From: a bacterium | GTDB lineage: Bacteria; Chloroflexota; Limnocylindria; Limnocylindrales; Limnocylindraceae | DNA: 49,354 bases | Direction of reading: 5' to 3' | Assembly: GCA_037135015.1 (NCBI GenBank) | Contig: JBAXLC010000001.1 | Coordinates: forward strand, 1 to 49,354 | In this document: positions 48,817 to 49,354 of the stretch, piece after piece | Layout: each line of letters begins with the position of its first letter | How positions within the stretch are numbered: position 1 is the stretch's first letter | Program-made: the position numbers and the translations under genes | Notes under the pieces: generated by a model | Databases searched by the model: none | What the model was told of the DNA's origin: nothing | What the model saw: only the letters and a program-made list of their open reading frames with translations

Positions 48817-49354
48817 ATGGCGAACGCAACCGCAGCAAAGGCAGGCGCCGTAGGAACCGTAGTTTCGATTACGGGACCGGTCGTTGACATTGAGTTCGCC
48901 GCACGCGAGCTGCCAGCGATTTACAACGCCGTACGCATTGATCGAACCGATGGTTCGCTCGTTGTTGAGGTGCAGCAGCACCTCGGCAACAATCGCGTGC
49001 GCACCGTTGCCATGACCACAACCGACGGGCTCGCCCGCGGCGCAAAGGCGACCGACCTCGGCGCACCGATCTCGGTGCCAGTTGGCGCCGGAACGCTCGG
49101 CCGCGTCTTCAACGTGCTCGGTGAGCCGATCGACCAGGCTGGCGACGTGAAGGTCGATCAGTACCTGCCAATCCACCGCTCCGCACCAGCGTACGAAGAT
49201 CTCACCACCGAGACCGAACTCTTCGAGACCGGCATCAAGGTTATTGACCTTGTCTGCCCGTTCAAGAAGGGCGGCAAGATCGGCATCTTCGGCGGCGCTG
49301 GCGTCGGCAAGACCGTCGTGATTCAGGAGCTGATTCGCAACGTTGCGCAAGAGC
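48817..49354 (+). CDS. atpD: F0F1 ATP synthase subunit beta (5' part; runs off the window end)
   Basis: My own translation from ATG 48817 (preceded by AGGAGGAG): [27 protein letters not shown]...[22 protein letters not shown] (Walker A). Absent from the ORF track because there is no stop inside the window. Confidence 0.95.
   Translation, partial: MANATAAKAGAVGTVVSITGPVVDIEFAARELPAIYNAVRIDRTDGSLVVEVQQHLGNNRVRTVAMTTTDGLARGAKATDLGAPISVPVGAGTLGRVFNVLGEPIDQAGDVKVDQYLPIHRSAPAYEDLTTETELFETGIKVIDLVCPFKKGGKIGIFGGAGVGKTVVIQELIRNVAQE

Overview
High-GC (~65%) bacterial chromosome segment covering the replication-origin neighbourhood. Almost all of it is conserved housekeeping genes. No rRNA, tRNA, CRISPR, transposase, integrase or recognisable defence genes were seen. 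Left to right: a cupin-like gene; a giant 1394-aa two-module GT-C glycosyltransferase paired divergently with a GT2 enzyme; then a minus-strand run dnaA-dnaN-recF-DUF721(DciA-like)-828-aa membrane protein-BFN nuclease, with a DnaA-box cluster plus AT-rich tract (putative oriC) between dnaA and dnaN. Next come plus-strand rpmH-rnpA-yidD-yidC-jag and a lower-GC DUF4287/DUF1801-like gene. A 15.8-kb all-minus block follows: ssrA(tmRNA)-smpB-S41 protease-ftsX-ftsE-prfB(+1 frameshift)-secA-small ORF-prs-gyrA-gyrB-parB-parA. A consensus parS sits just upstream of parA. The rest is plus-strand: mreD-mrdA-rodA, rplU-rpmA-rpmE, DUF1385-prfA-prmC, a HAD hydrolase, glyA, a WecA/MraY-like transferase, and atpZ-like-atpB-E-F-H-A-G-D (atpD runs off the end). 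The lipoprotein-type YidC and the gene order suggest a monoderm Terrabacteria lineage (Actinomycetota/Chloroflexota/high-GC Firmicute-like); I cannot place it more precisely. I do not see an obvious new defence or mobile system. The best candidates for undescribed biology are: (1) the fused dual GT-C enzyme with a beta-propeller-like insert plus its GT2 partner; (2) the 828-aa cytoplasmic-domain/TM/beta-propeller-like protein apparently co-transcribed with the replication genes; (3) the head-on 15.8-kb essential-gene block with parAB fused to gyrBA, which a single inversion next to oriC would explain. All protein family calls come from motif recognition by eye and need HMM or structure confirmation.
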